The notes: generated from the sequence alone by a model not told the origin. Shown: positions 28,171 to 38,637, counted from the first letter of the stretch. The stretch: DNA of 64,000 nt from Nitrospinaceae bacterium (GCA_029261405.1 JAJDBK010000057.1:1906-65905), one strand, 5' to 3'. Numbers and translations are program-made.

Positions 28171-29735
28171 CGCTTTATCCGTGTGGTGTGTAACGAGCCC
28201 AGGCTCTCGTCCGGGGCCACGGTAAAACCGGTCACCTTGCGATCAGATACAGCCACGTTAACCGAATGCCAGAGCGATACATAAGGAATGTCTGAGGCGA
28301 TAATTTTCTGCGCCTTCGCATAGGCCGATTCGCGTTCCTTGCCCGTTACAACCCGGCCTTTATCGAGGAGTTTGTCGATTTCGCCGCTGATGTATCTTCC
28401 CCGGTTGGCGCCACCTGGCGGAAACGATGCGGAGTGAAAGATATAGTGGAATATATCGGGATCGGATATGCCGACCCATGTAAGTGAGAAGAGCTGGAAT
28501 CGCCCCTTCTTGATATTGGCGTAGAACGTACCCCACTCGTATGAGCGGATATCGAGGCCAATTCCAACCTTCTGTAACTGCCACTGGAAAACCTCGGCGA
28601 TCCTTTTACGCAACTCGTTCCGGGAAGTCGAGTATTCTACCCTGAACCGCACCTTCGGCCCGTCACCATCCGGGTCGGGAAATCCCGCCTCGTCGAGAAT
28701 CGATTTCGCCTTTTCAGGATCGTATTCGTAAGTCTCAACGTCCGGTTCATAAAACCTGTTGGCCACAGAGAGGGGACCAGTGGCGGGTTTCGCCAACCCC
28801 TTCAGGATATATCGCACAACACTCTCCCGGTCGATGGCGTGGGCGATAGCAAGCCTTATATCGTGTCTCCCCACCAGTTCATCCTCAAGGTTGAACCCCA
28901 GATAGGAATAGTTCGTGCCAAGCTTTTTAAACACCTTTAATTGTTCGTTCTTCGCAAGCCGTGGCAGAAGATCGGGTGTAATCGGATTCATGATAAGGTG
29001 AACCGAACCGCTCTCAAGCTCCAGGGTACGCACAGTCTCGTCAGGTATGATCCTGAACAGTAGAGAGTTAAGTTTCGGGGGGCCGTCGAAATAGGCGCCG
29101 TTGGCCGTCAACAGAAGTTTTTCGTCCCGACTGTATTCCGCAAGTTTGAAAAAACCGGTCCCTACAGGATTTTCGGTAATTTCTTTCCCGCTACCCGATG
29201 GAACAATCCCCATAGTCAGGTTTCCGAGAAAAGGGGCGTTTGGCTGGCGCAGGTTGTAGACCACCGTATAGTCGTCCGGGGCCTCGACCGATTCGACCAT
29301 CAGCATGGAGCTTCGGTGAGGCGATTTGTTGGCCGGATCAATCAGGAACTTGTATTGCGCGATAACATCCGCCGAGGTGAACTCTTTTCCGTTGTGGAAT
29401 TTTACATTGCGACGCAGGTTGAGCCGGTATTGGAGAGGTGTCGCAAGCTCCCAGCTTATGGCGAGGTCTGGGCCTATCGATGTGTCATCGTTCCTTTTGA
29501 CCAGCCCGTTATATATAAGATCGAAAATTTTAACCGACGTTGCGTCGGTGGCGAGACGGGGGTCGAGAGTTCGTGGACCCGACTCTATAGCGATGACCAG
29601 GGCGCCGGGAGGTGTTTTCTGCCTCTCCACGCACGACACGCACAAAAAGGCCAACAAAAGTATGCGGGTGACGAAAAGGATCACCTGTCGATGGCCTTGC
29701 GACCGATATCCTTCCGGTAATACGCGCCATCCCAT
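28167..29735 (-). CDS. ABC transporter substrate-binding protein, family 5 (peptide/nickel/opine type)
   Basis: 522 aa with lipoprotein-like N-terminus LLLAFLCVSC. The annotated 5' end overlaps the purD 3' end by 55 nt, so the true start may be downstream (GTG/TTG). Confidence 0.75.
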   Translation of the reverse strand: MGWRVLPEGYRSQGHRQVILFVTRILLLAFLCVSCVERQKTPPGALVIAIESGPRTLDPRLATDATSVKIFDLIYNGLVKRNDDTSIGPDLAISWELATPLQYRLNLRRNVKFHNGKEFTSADVIAQYKFLIDPANKSPHRSSMLMVESVEAPDDYTVVYNLRQPNAPFLGNLTMGIVPSGSGKEITENPVGTGFFKLAEYSRDEKLLLTANGAYFDGPPKLNSLLFRIIPDETVRTLELESGSVHLIMNPITPDLLPRLAKNEQLKVFKKLGTNYSYLGFNLEDELVGRHDIRLAIAHAIDRESVVRYILKGLAKPATGPLSVANRFYEPDVETYEYDPEKAKSILDEAGFPDPDGDGPKVRFRVEYSTSRNELRKRIAEVFQWQLQKVGIGLDIRSYEWGTFYANIKKGRFQLFSLTWVGISDPDIFHYIFHSASFPPGGANRGRYISGEIDKLLDKGRVVTGKERESAYAKAQKIIASDIPYVSLWHSVNVAVSDRKVTGFTVAPDESLGSLHTTRIKR

Positions 29736-30961
29736 TCTATTTTCGCCACACCAGAGTATGCTTTTTCGATGGCGTCGGCTACGGTGGCCCCTGTAGCGGT
29801 CACACCCAGAACACGCCCACCTGTGGTAACTACTCCGTTATCTCCAAGCGCAGTCCCGGCGTGAAACACCTTTACACTCGCCAACTCTTCGGCTGATTCG
29901 ATTCCGGTAATGACCTTACCCTTCTCGTAAGAGCCGGGATAACCTTCCGAGGCCATCACCACACAGACAGCCGCCTCTTCTCTCCATTCAGAAGCGACAC
30001 CTTTCAGCTCCCCTTTGGCGCAAGCTAGCAGTATAGGGACAATATCGCTCTCAAGACGCATCAGGATCGGTTGGCACTCCGGGTCACCGAACCGGCAGTT
30101 AAACTCCAGAACTTTCGGGCCATCTTCTGTAATCATCAACCCGGCGTAGAGAATCCCCCTGTATGGCGCCCCTTCAGCCCGCATGGTCTCAAGGGTTTTG
30201 CGCATGACGTTATCGAAGATCCAGGCCGACATCTCCTCCGTCACCACCGGCGCAGGGGAGTAGGCGCCCATGCCACCTGTATTGGGGCCGGTGTCGTTCT
30301 CACCTATCCGCTTATGGTCCTGGGAGGATGGCATCATCATTACATCATTGCCATCGCAAAAAGCCAGGATAGAGGCCTCCTCACCGTCGAGGGTTTCTTC
30401 GAGAATAATGTTCGAGCCAGCGGCGCCAAAAGTGTTCTGAACCAGCATTGAGTCGATAGCCTCGACAGCCTCCGCGCGGGACGTAGCCACTACTACACCC
30501 TTGCCGGCGGCAAGCCCATCGGCTTTCACCACCACCCGCTCACCGAATTTTTCGAGGGCCAAAACAGCCTTGTCCCGGTCGTCATGGACCTCATATCTGG
30601 CTGTGGGCACACCAGCTTTTACAAGGATATCTTTCATGAACGCTTTTGACGCCTCGAGCCGGGCGGATTTCATCGAAGGGCCAAACGCCACCAGACCTTC
30701 CGCCTCGAACCTGTCTACAATACCAGCCGCCAATGGCGCCTCCGGACCCACGACAGTCAGGCCGATTTTTTTATCTTTCGCAAATGCAACGAGTCCGTCG
30801 ATATCTTCGGCGGCGATGGCGACATTGTTATTCGTTCCGGCGTTTCCGGGGGCGCAATAAAGCTCCCCCACCATATCGCTTTGACCTATCTTCCATACCA
30901 GCGCGCTCTCCCGCCCGCCAGACCCGACCACCAACACGTTAAGCACTTTTAATCTCCTCAA
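29681..30961 (-). CDS. purD: Phosphoribosylamine--glycine ligase
   Basis: 426 aa. ATP-grasp motifs and the PurD N-terminal VLVVGSGGRE. Confidence 0.9.
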   Translation of the reverse strand: MRRLKVLNVLVVGSGGRESALVWKIGQSDMVGELYCAPGNAGTNNNVAIAAEDIDGLVAFAKDKKIGLTVVGPEAPLAAGIVDRFEAEGLVAFGPSMKSARLEASKAFMKDILVKAGVPTARYEVHDDRDKAVLALEKFGERVVVKADGLAAGKGVVVATSRAEAVEAIDSMLVQNTFGAAGSNIILEETLDGEEASILAFCDGNDVMMMPSSQDHKRIGENDTGPNTGGMGAYSPAPVVTEEMSAWIFDNVMRKTLETMRAEGAPYRGILYAGLMITEDGPKVLEFNCRFGDPECQPILMRLESDIVPILLACAKGELKGVASEWREEAAVCVVMASEGYPGSYEKGKVITGIESAEELASVKVFHAGTALGDNGVVTTGGRVLGVTATGATVADAIEKAYSGVAKIEWDGAYYRKDIGRKAIDR

Positions 30962-32003
30962 CGAACTTTTTAACCTCTTCCATCAGCGCGTCCCGCATTT
31001 CATCCTCCCTGACTCTCTTCACCGTCACACCCTTTCGGAATATCAGTCCGACACCATCGCCTCCGGCAAGCCCGACATCCGCCTCCCGCGCTTCTCCCGG
31101 ACCGTTGACCACACAACCCATAATTGCCACGGTTATTTTATCTTTCATCCCGCCGAGCGCCTCCTCCACATCGGCGGCTATATTTACAAGATCGATCTTG
31201 CATCTGCCGCATGTGGGGCAGGAAACAATTTCAGGGCCAGCGTCACGCAGTCTTAACGATTTTAATATCTCAAAGGCGACCTTGATCTCCTGCACAGGGT
31301 CACCCGTGAGCGATACCCGCATGGTGTCGCCAAGCCCTGAATAGAGAAGAACGCCGATTCCGACAGCCGACTTTACCGTACCCGCCACACCGGCGCCAGC
31401 TTCCGAAATACCGATATGAAAAGGGTAATCGACCTTTTCGGCCAGCAGGTGGTACGCCTCCACCGTAACAGGAACATTCGACGCTTTAAGCGACACCTTT
31501 ATCTCGCGATAATCAAGCTCCTCCAGGATTCGGATGTGATCCAGACCCGACTCGACCATCGCCTCCGCCGTGGGCCCACCATATTTGGAGAGTAGCTCCG
31601 GGGTGAGCGATCCGGCGTTTACACCTATGCGGATCGGAATATTTTTTTCGCTGGCGGCTTTTACCACCTCTTCCACCCTGTACCGGGCGCCTATATTTCC
31701 CGGATTGAGCCGCAACCCGTCCGCTCCCTCCTCTATCGCTTTTATTGCAAGCCGGTAATCGAAATGGATATCGGCGATCAGGGGAATTTTCGTTCTTTTC
31801 TTTATCTCGCCAAGACAGTTCGCCGCTCTCATATCAGGTACGGCTACGCGCACGATCTCACATCCCGCTTCGGTCAAAGCCTCGATCTGGGAAACCGTGC
31901 TGTCTATATCAGAGGTGTCGGTGTTGGTCATCGACTGGACGCTGACCCTCTCACCACCCCCTATCGCAACACCTCCTACGGTTATCTTTCTTGTTGAGCG
32001 CAT
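30939..32003 (-). CDS. ispG: 4-hydroxy-3-methylbut-2-en-1-yl diphosphate synthase (flavodoxin) IspG/GcpE
   Basis: 354 aa. SMTNTDT motif and C-terminal CPTCGRC FeS motif. Confidence 0.9.
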   Translation of the reverse strand: MRSTRKITVGGVAIGGGERVSVQSMTNTDTSDIDSTVSQIEALTEAGCEIVRVAVPDMRAANCLGEIKKRTKIPLIADIHFDYRLAIKAIEEGADGLRLNPGNIGARYRVEEVVKAASEKNIPIRIGVNAGSLTPELLSKYGGPTAEAMVESGLDHIRILEELDYREIKVSLKASNVPVTVEAYHLLAEKVDYPFHIGISEAGAGVAGTVKSAVGIGVLLYSGLGDTMRVSLTGDPVQEIKVAFEILKSLRLRDAGPEIVSCPTCGRCKIDLVNIAADVEEALGGMKDKITVAIMGCVVNGPGEAREADVGLAGGDGVGLIFRKGVTVKRVREDEMRDALMEEVKKFVEEIKSA

Positions 32004-32012
32004 GAGAGGATT

Positions 32013-33125
32013 CTACCGTTTCGAGAAAAACGCCAGCTGTTTACCGGTCTTCTTGTTCTCGTTCTTCCAGAAAGCTATCAGGTTCTTTTCGTCCTGGTAT
32101 TCGATGACAGCCTTCGGTTCGCCGTCAAGCCACTTCGCTATGTTGCTGTGCAGGGAGACCGCCCCTTCATACTCACCCTTCTTAACCATACTGCAAAGCC
32201 TGGCCATCTTCAGACCGTAAGATACATCCGGGTATTTTTTATCCGACAGATCTTTCTTCTTGTTGATCGCCTCTATCTCACTGAACCATTTGGTCGCGTC
32301 GTCGCAACGACGCTCCACCAGGGCGACACGCCCCAAAACCCAACGCGAGATGGTGTCCCGCGTAAACTTCTCTTCCATGATGGTAGCCAGTCTCTTGGCC
32401 TCAGAGTATTTCCTGTCGTAAAGACGAATCCACATCAGGGCGGAGACCGCGTAATCATCGGAGAGGGCGTTTCTGCCGATGGCGCGTTCTATCAGACTAA
32501 TACCCTCCTTGCGCATATCCTTCCCCTTGGTGATGAATTTCGTTATTATCCATCCAAGAATTCCACCCTCCTCCCGGCTTTTGCGACTGGCGAAATAGTA
32601 GACCATGCCAAGACCGAAATAGGTGTCGGGGATGTCGGGACGCTCTTTTGCCACCTGTTCGAGGTTGTCCCTCGCCTTGATGGCTTGCCGAAACGCGCTT
32701 ATAAGGTTTCGCTGTTTAGCGTCGAGCAGACCAGTGTATCCGTGGATCGCGCCCAGGTACATCCGCGCCACAGAGTCTTTTTTATTCTTTACGAGCCGTC
32801 GTTTGCAGATATCGGAAAGTTTGGTTGAGTATTTACGATAACGGGATAGCTCGGTCAGGTCGTTATATTTCTGGATCTTCTCCTGTACCCCGACGGCGTA
32901 AAAGAAATAACCTTCGGGAGCTTTTCTGTGACTGTCTATATACTCCTGGAAAATCGTGAGCCCCTCTTCGAAATCTGTATCGGCGATCTTGAAGATTCCC
33001 TCCCTGATCCGACTCTCCCAGGCCGGGTCCATCAGGTCCGTGGCGCACCACGCCTGTTTCGCTCCGGAGATGACTGTCAGAGCGACCAACACGATTATCA
33101 GGACAGCATTTTTACAAGAGGACAT
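32013..33125 (-). CDS. Hypothetical secreted protein (signal peptide; helical repeat-like)
   Basis: 370 aa ORF, 10 nt upstream of ispG on the same strand, with an N-terminal signal sequence. No recognisable catalytic motif. Confidence 0.5.
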   Translation of the reverse strand: MSSCKNAVLIIVLVALTVISGAKQAWCATDLMDPAWESRIREGIFKIADTDFEEGLTIFQEYIDSHRKAPEGYFFYAVGVQEKIQKYNDLTELSRYRKYSTKLSDICKRRLVKNKKDSVARMYLGAIHGYTGLLDAKQRNLISAFRQAIKARDNLEQVAKERPDIPDTYFGLGMVYYFASRKSREEGGILGWIITKFITKGKDMRKEGISLIERAIGRNALSDDYAVSALMWIRLYDRKYSEAKRLATIMEEKFTRDTISRWVLGRVALVERRCDDATKWFSEIEAINKKKDLSDKKYPDVSYGLKMARLCSMVKKGEYEGAVSLHSNIAKWLDGEPKAVIEYQDEKNLIAFWKNENKKTGKQLAFFSKR

Positions 33126-33225
33126 ACAAACACACTATAAAGCCGTAGACGTTGACGCGCAACCTGTCCCGGCGGGATAATGGATGAAGAAAAGTTATAT
33201 ATTTAACCATATTTGATCGAAAACC

Positions 33226-34920
33226 ATGTCAGTTTCCTCCTTTCCGACATTGATGAAAGCGCGTAGCCGCCTGATATTTAACAATGCCACGGCGGGAGGT
33301 TATAAAAACGTCTGGAAATACACTTTTGTAGCTCTACTCGCTCTTGGGTTCGTGACAGGTGACTATCTGTTTTTCCGGCGGCTCTTTGTCTATTTCAACG
33401 ATCTTCCGATGGACGTGGGGGAGATTCTGATAATTCAGCTGGTAAACACCCTCTGCCTCACTTTTTTTTCGATGCTGATTTTCTCCAATATTATCGCATC
33501 AATCTCCACCCTTTTCCTCTCAAGGGATCTTGATCTGCTACATTCATCCCCAATTCCGATATTCAGCCTCTTCATTTCAAGACTGATCCAGACGTTGGTT
33601 AATTCATCCTGGATGGCGCTCCTCTTCGCCTTGCCGGTATTTGTGGCCTATGGAGAGCTCTATTATGCAAGTTTTGCTTATTACATCTCTCTCCCGTTTC
33701 TTTTTCTTCCGTTTCTCATTATCGCCTGCTCGTCTGGTGTAACCCTGACGTTATGCCTGATGCGGTTTTTCCCGGCCAAACGGACATACCAGATCATGTC
33801 TTTTATCGGGGTGGTATTCATCGGCGCTCTGGTTATGTTTTTTCGTTTCCTGCAACCTGAAAAATATGTCGGCAAGGATGTGCCGAAAGAGATGATTATC
33901 TCATTCGTAGAACAACTCAAGACACCCGATTATCCGTGGCTCCCCTCTTCTACTCTCGCAAGCGCCCTCAAGGCCGGGGCATTCTCCGACTGGTCAGTAT
34001 TTCTCGGCAAATTCTCCCTGCTGTGGGGTATTGCGCTTATTGCCACCACAATAGCGTCTCTGGTGGCTGTAAAAATCTACTACGCCGGATGGTCCGGGAC
34101 ATCAGGATCGGGGGAGATCGCCACTCCGGGAAAAGAGCGGCTACTCTATCGTGTTACCCGGATATTCCTTTCGACAATAAAAACTCCCCCCGACATGCGA
34201 GCGATCCTGATGAAGGATATGAAACTGTTCTGGCGGGAGACGAGTCAGTGGTCCCAGCTTTTCATGCTGGGAGCGCTGGTGGTGGTATATCTATTCAACA
34301 TAAGAAACCTCCCCTTGGAGACGTTCTACCTTCGTAACATCGTTTCGGTGATGAACATCGGTCTTGCCGGCATAGTTCTGGCCGCGGTGGCGGCGAGGTT
34401 CGTATTCGCAACCACAAGCGTCGAGGGGAGAAGTTTTTGGGCGGTCCATTCGGCTCCGATCAGTTTCACCCGATTCCTGTGGGCGAAATTTTTTCTTTAC
34501 GTCATACCGTTGCTTGTTATGGCCGAAGCCCTTGTGGTGATATCGAACATCTTCCTTGGTGTGGACGCTTTTGTCATTTCGATCTCAGCCGGGGCTATCG
34601 CATTGATGACTCTCGGCCTTACGGGGCTTGGGGTAGGTCTTGGAGCGACCTGGCCAAGGTTTGATTTCGAGAACGTAGCCGAGATTGGCGCATCCACCGG
34701 CGCTATCGTATATATGATTATCTCCCTCATATACGCTGGCGTATCGGTCAGTCTGGTGGCAAAACCGGTTCAGGCCCATCTGATGTGGATCTTCATGCAA
34801 CGCGACATAATGGGACCTGCGGTATATCTCTCCTACATCGGATTCATTTTATTGACTATACTGTTCGTTATCGTTCCGATGCGTATCGGAGTGCGAAGTC
34901 TTGATAATATGGAAACTTAG
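33226..34920 (+). CDS. Large polytopic membrane protein (12 or more TM), possible ABC-exporter-like permease; function unknown
   Basis: 564 aa, hydrophobic throughout. Followed 12 nt later by a cNMP-binding-domain protein. Confidence 0.5.
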   Translation: MSVSSFPTLMKARSRLIFNNATAGGYKNVWKYTFVALLALGFVTGDYLFFRRLFVYFNDLPMDVGEILIIQLVNTLCLTFFSMLIFSNIIASISTLFLSRDLDLLHSSPIPIFSLFISRLIQTLVNSSWMALLFALPVFVAYGELYYASFAYYISLPFLFLPFLIIACSSGVTLTLCLMRFFPAKRTYQIMSFIGVVFIGALVMFFRFLQPEKYVGKDVPKEMIISFVEQLKTPDYPWLPSSTLASALKAGAFSDWSVFLGKFSLLWGIALIATTIASLVAVKIYYAGWSGTSGSGEIATPGKERLLYRVTRIFLSTIKTPPDMRAILMKDMKLFWRETSQWSQLFMLGALVVVYLFNIRNLPLETFYLRNIVSVMNIGLAGIVLAAVAARFVFATTSVEGRSFWAVHSAPISFTRFLWAKFFLYVIPLLVMAEALVVISNIFLGVDAFVISISAGAIALMTLGLTGLGVGLGATWPRFDFENVAEIGASTGAIVYMIISLIYAGVSVSLVAKPVQAHLMWIFMQRDIMGPAVYLSYIGFILLTILFVIVPMRIGVRSLDNMET

Positions 34921-34932
34921 GAAGTAGAGACC

Positions 34933-35400
34933 ATGAAGTATAACGAGGCGGACAAAGAGCGGTGGGTGCGCCTTCTGATGGGGATCAATTTCTTCTCCGG
35001 ACTAAACAAGGAACAACTCGAGACTTTCCTGCTGGCCGGAGAGATTATGCGGTTCAAGTTTCACGAATATATTTTCAAGGAGGGGGAGGAGCGTTACTGT
35101 TTTTATGTGATTCTGAAAGGCGCCGTCAAGCTATTGAAACTAGGCACCATGAACGTGATAAAGGATATCGGCACACTGCCCGCCGGAACCTGTTTAGGTG
35201 AGATGGGCCTGTTATTGGGAGAAAAGCGGACCGCATCGGCCCTGGCGGCGGACGAATGTTATATCTACAAGGTCAACCGGGAAGAGATCGAACTTATGCC
35301 TGAAGAGCTCAAAGCGATCCTGTATTACCGGTTCGCGGTGATGCTTGCCGAGCGATTGAAAACCACCACGGAATCGCTCATCAAACCGTATACGGGATAA
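34933..35400 (+). CDS. Stand-alone cyclic-nucleotide-binding domain protein (CAP effector-domain family)
   Basis: 155 aa with GEMGLLLGEKRTASALAADE, the cNMP phosphate-binding cassette. No DNA-binding domain. Confidence 0.65.
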   Translation: MKYNEADKERWVRLLMGINFFSGLNKEQLETFLLAGEIMRFKFHEYIFKEGEERYCFYVILKGAVKLLKLGTMNVIKDIGTLPAGTCLGEMGLLLGEKRTASALAADECYIYKVNREEIELMPEELKAILYYRFAVMLAERLKTTTESLIKPYTG

Positions 35401-36730
35401 AGTTCAGGCTGACGAGGTTTTCCGGATCCGTAGCTGTAATGATTTCGGTATCGATGTAAAGTCCGGCAACGTATAAAACCCTCGATCCGCTGGCGACAAG
35501 CGGGATGGCGTCCCTTGATGGTCGCGGAACCTTTTTTTCTATCAGGAGTTTTTTGAGCTTCTTTCTCTTCTTGCTGTTCGGCAAGTAAAGAAAATCCCCC
35601 TCCCTCCTGCCTCTGACCTGTGTCTCTTCCGGGATCTTTCTGGTGTCAATGGTGATCCCTTCGGAAACTCCACCATTGGTAACCATCAGGGTTCCTGCGG
35701 AGGTGGTCACCGTCATAGGGCATGAGAAGGGACTCGCCGTTATGCGGTCCACCTGAATGTCGGCCCCTATGGATAGCCCCGCATGATCGAGACGGATCAC
35801 AATACCACCCGGACCCTCGATGACTCTCCCTAACCGGTTATTTGCGAGCATGTTGTCGATGGCCTCAATCCGCTCCATCGACATTACAGATGGATCGAAC
35901 CCGGCTTTTGTTATAGCCTGCCGGTATATCTCGTATCTGATGGCCGCTGGCTCGCAGAAGAGCAGGTCGGGAATTAACGTAACCTTGTTCGATACGTCTG
36001 AACGCAGAACGACAGACGGAAATTTCCGTTCCGCAATGCTGGTAATAACCTTACCCTGCTCACGGCATAAGAGCGCAAGCCGGGCCACGGAATCTATCGA
36101 ACCTTTGGAAAGCCCTTTCATTACCGGGATGAGCCTTCGCCGTATCCGGTTTCTCATGTAAAGATCGGTCTCGTTTGTCGGGTCGGCGCTGAATTCAACG
36201 CCTGTAGTATCGAGCCAGCGTAAAATCCAGGCTTTACTGACATCGATCAACGGTCTGATGTAGATGTCCCGCACAGGAGCGATACCGCCGAAAGCTGAAG
36301 GCCCGGCGCCCCTCAACATCCACATCAGGGATGTTTCGACACTATCATCTTTCGTATGACCTGTGGCGATGATGTCGCAATACCGCTCCTCCTTGAGACG
36401 GTCGAAGAAACGATATCGCATTTTTCGACCCTTCTCCTGTGCGCCGCTGGCCGGTTTACCATCGTTATTTCTCTCGGAAATGAATGGCGCTTCGATCTTT
36501 TCCGCAGTCTGTCGGGCGAATGTTTCGTCTTTGTCCGAGTCATCCCGGAAAGCGTGATCGAAATGGCAGGTTTTAACACTGAATCCGAGATGTGGCGCCA
36601 GTTTATGGAGGATCGCAAGTAGAGCTGTGGAATCGGGTCCGCCGGAGAGAGCCACGCAAACAACGCCCCCTTCCGGAATCATCTGGTGGCGCGTAATGGT
36701 CTCCCTGACCTTTTGTACGACCTTATCCAT
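35381..36730 (-). CDS. tilS: tRNA(Ile)-lysidine synthetase
   Basis: 449 aa with PP-loop SGGPDSTAL. Confidence 0.8.
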   Translation of the reverse strand: MDKVVQKVRETITRHQMIPEGGVVCVALSGGPDSTALLAILHKLAPHLGFSVKTCHFDHAFRDDSDKDETFARQTAEKIEAPFISERNNDGKPASGAQEKGRKMRYRFFDRLKEERYCDIIATGHTKDDSVETSLMWMLRGAGPSAFGGIAPVRDIYIRPLIDVSKAWILRWLDTTGVEFSADPTNETDLYMRNRIRRRLIPVMKGLSKGSIDSVARLALLCREQGKVITSIAERKFPSVVLRSDVSNKVTLIPDLLFCEPAAIRYEIYRQAITKAGFDPSVMSMERIEAIDNMLANNRLGRVIEGPGGIVIRLDHAGLSIGADIQVDRITASPFSCPMTVTTSAGTLMVTNGGVSEGITIDTRKIPEETQVRGRREGDFLYLPNSKKRKKLKKLLIEKKVPRPSRDAIPLVASGSRVLYVAGLYIDTEIITATDPENLVSLNFIPYTV

Positions 36731-36737
36731 CGGTCAT

Positions 36738-37718
36738 TTAAGACTTCTCCTCGCTCCAGTCGAATGTGACACGTTCGGATTCGTACCAGACACACGAATT
36801 GTTCATACCCGGATTTTTCCGTCCGATATCGACAGGAATAGAGCTTATCGGCGTTCTTGCCATCTGAAGGAACAGGTCGGCGCGCTCGTCACGACGCTCC
36901 AGGTACTCCTCCACTATTTCGATGGCCTCTCTTCGTGAATGGGCGTTTACGAAAAGGGAGGAATAAAAACCTTTCGCCACCTTGTTCGTATAGGTTACAG
37001 GAGAGCATCCTCTCAACTCCACACTCCAGCACTCCATTATGAGAGGGGAACTGGCTGAATCGGGGTCGTCCCCTTCATCCTCATCCAGATAGAGGTCGTA
37101 GGTGTCGGCCATATCCTCGAAAGCCGTGAGATAATCGACACCAGACTCCCCCTCTATCGGAAGCGGTTCGTGGTAGTGCGGTTTGTCCCAGAAGACCTCA
37201 TGGATGAACATGAAAGGTATTGCGAGTTTTTCAAGCGCCTTCTCCACCTTCTCCGGGTCCTGGTGGTAGACATTAATGGTTTTGTGCTCGTCGAGAAAAA
37301 CTTCGCTCGCCTGCCCTTCGGAGAACAGGCCTATACCTAAAAAGCCATCGTCGGTTACCACGTCCTTCCACTCGTATATCCACGACAACACTTTTTCGCG
37401 GGGTGAAGTGGTTTCGGAGAGGTAGGTGTCGCTTTCCCGGTAATAGTCGCCGGAATGGACTCTGGCCACGAGATATATATCTTTCGGAAGAAGCCTTGAT
37501 AAGGTGGTGAACAGATCCATGATCCGCTCGTGGGAGACTGTGATCTGGTAATGAAAGCAGGTCTCATCCCGAAGGTACCTTGAGTCGTATCCCTCTTTTT
37601 GGGAAAAATGACTCTCCGGGTAAACCCCGAACGGATACACAAAACCGCCCTCGGTTTTCCGGTGGAACAGGCCCTCGACCGGTTGCGCCCTCTCTTTACT
37701 CGGTTTCCTCTCTTCCAT
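36738..37718 (-). CDS. Hypothetical acidic cytoplasmic protein (unknown function)
   Basis: 326 aa ORF with good coding composition, 7 nt upstream of tilS. No recognisable motifs. Confidence 0.5.
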   Translation of the reverse strand: MEERKPSKERAQPVEGLFHRKTEGGFVYPFGVYPESHFSQKEGYDSRYLRDETCFHYQITVSHERIMDLFTTLSRLLPKDIYLVARVHSGDYYRESDTYLSETTSPREKVLSWIYEWKDVVTDDGFLGIGLFSEGQASEVFLDEHKTINVYHQDPEKVEKALEKLAIPFMFIHEVFWDKPHYHEPLPIEGESGVDYLTAFEDMADTYDLYLDEDEGDDPDSASSPLIMECWSVELRGCSPVTYTNKVAKGFYSSLFVNAHSRREAIEIVEEYLERRDERADLFLQMARTPISSIPVDIGRKNPGMNNSCVWYESERVTFDWSEEKS

Positions 37719-37785
37719 ACCTACTATTATCTGAGTTTATCCGCCTTTTGACAACCACGGAATATTAATAGCCACGCCACTCATC

Positions 37786-37880
37786 CTGGTGGCGCCACCA
37801 TATCACCGTGGTCGCGCCACCATATCGCTGTGACCGCGCCACTCGCCGTGGCCGCGCCACTCGCTGTGGCCGCGCCACTT
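37786..37880. repeat. Tandem array of about 5 imperfect 18-22-bp units, each containing the palindrome GTGGC-CGC-GCCAC (or a GTGGTCGCGCCAC variant)
   Basis: Read directly: ccgtggtcgcgccaccatatcg / ctgtgaccgcgccactcg / ccgtggccgcgccactcg / ctgtggccgcgccactt. The array abuts the TAA stop of the REC-PilZ gene. Confidence 0.7.
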
Positions 37881-38637
37881 AGCCGATATTCTCCGGCAGT
37901 TCCACCTTGATACTCTTTATCAGCGTATCCAGTAACGCCTTGTCGTAGGAGTCGATATCCCTGAACTGAACGGCTACCAGGATAAAATTACGCACGTTCG
38001 GATTATCCTTGTCCCGTTCGATCCGGACCAGTTCACCTTTCAGCCGCATGTCACCGGTTTCGACCGATATGGCAACGCTTACTTCGTCGTATATGAGAAT
38101 GCCATCCTGTTTGTTGAAATGAGGGGTTCTGACCATGCAACCTCCATCCGAGATATCTACGAGGGTTGCGGTCTGGACCTTGTTTCCGCCATCAAAAGAG
38201 AGTTGGGCCGGAAGGTCGTTACACGACTTGAAACGCTCTAAAATTCTCCGTTCGCAAGAGAGAAATATTTTCCTTATTTTCTGGATCAGCGTTGATGCGG
38301 AGAAAGGTTTTATCAATACGTCCGAAACCCCGGCCTGAACCGCCGATACCAGAGTGTATTTGTCGTCCCGGCTTGTCATTATCATGAAGGGAATATCTGT
38401 GAGATCGGGATGATTGCGGACCTTCAGGAGAAATTCGTCGCCGGTCATACCCGGCATCTCCCAGTCGCTTATGATCCAGTCGATCTTCTCGCCCGACTCG
38501 ATCAGATCCCACGCCTCCTCGCCGGTCCTTGCCTCCACAACCTTTCGGCAGTTAAGCTGGTCAATGAGGATTTTTTTCGCTACAGTCCTGGGGGTGGGGT
38601 GGTGAGCGGCGATCAGAACGGTTGTATGTCTTAACAT
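37879..38637 (-). CDS. Response regulator receiver fused to PilZ (c-di-GMP-binding) domain
   Basis: 252 aa. Receiver Asp in IISDWEMPGMTG and KPF. PilZ motifs RxxxR (CERRILERF) and DxSxGG (DISDGGCMV). Confidence 0.7.
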   Translation of the reverse strand: MLRHTTVLIAAHHPTPRTVAKKILIDQLNCRKVVEARTGEEAWDLIESGEKIDWIISDWEMPGMTGDEFLLKVRNHPDLTDIPFMIMTSRDDKYTLVSAVQAGVSDVLIKPFSASTLIQKIRKIFLSCERRILERFKSCNDLPAQLSFDGGNKVQTATLVDISDGGCMVRTPHFNKQDGILIYDEVSVAISVETGDMRLKGELVRIERDKDNPNVRNFILVAVQFRDIDSYDKALLDTLIKSIKVELPENIG

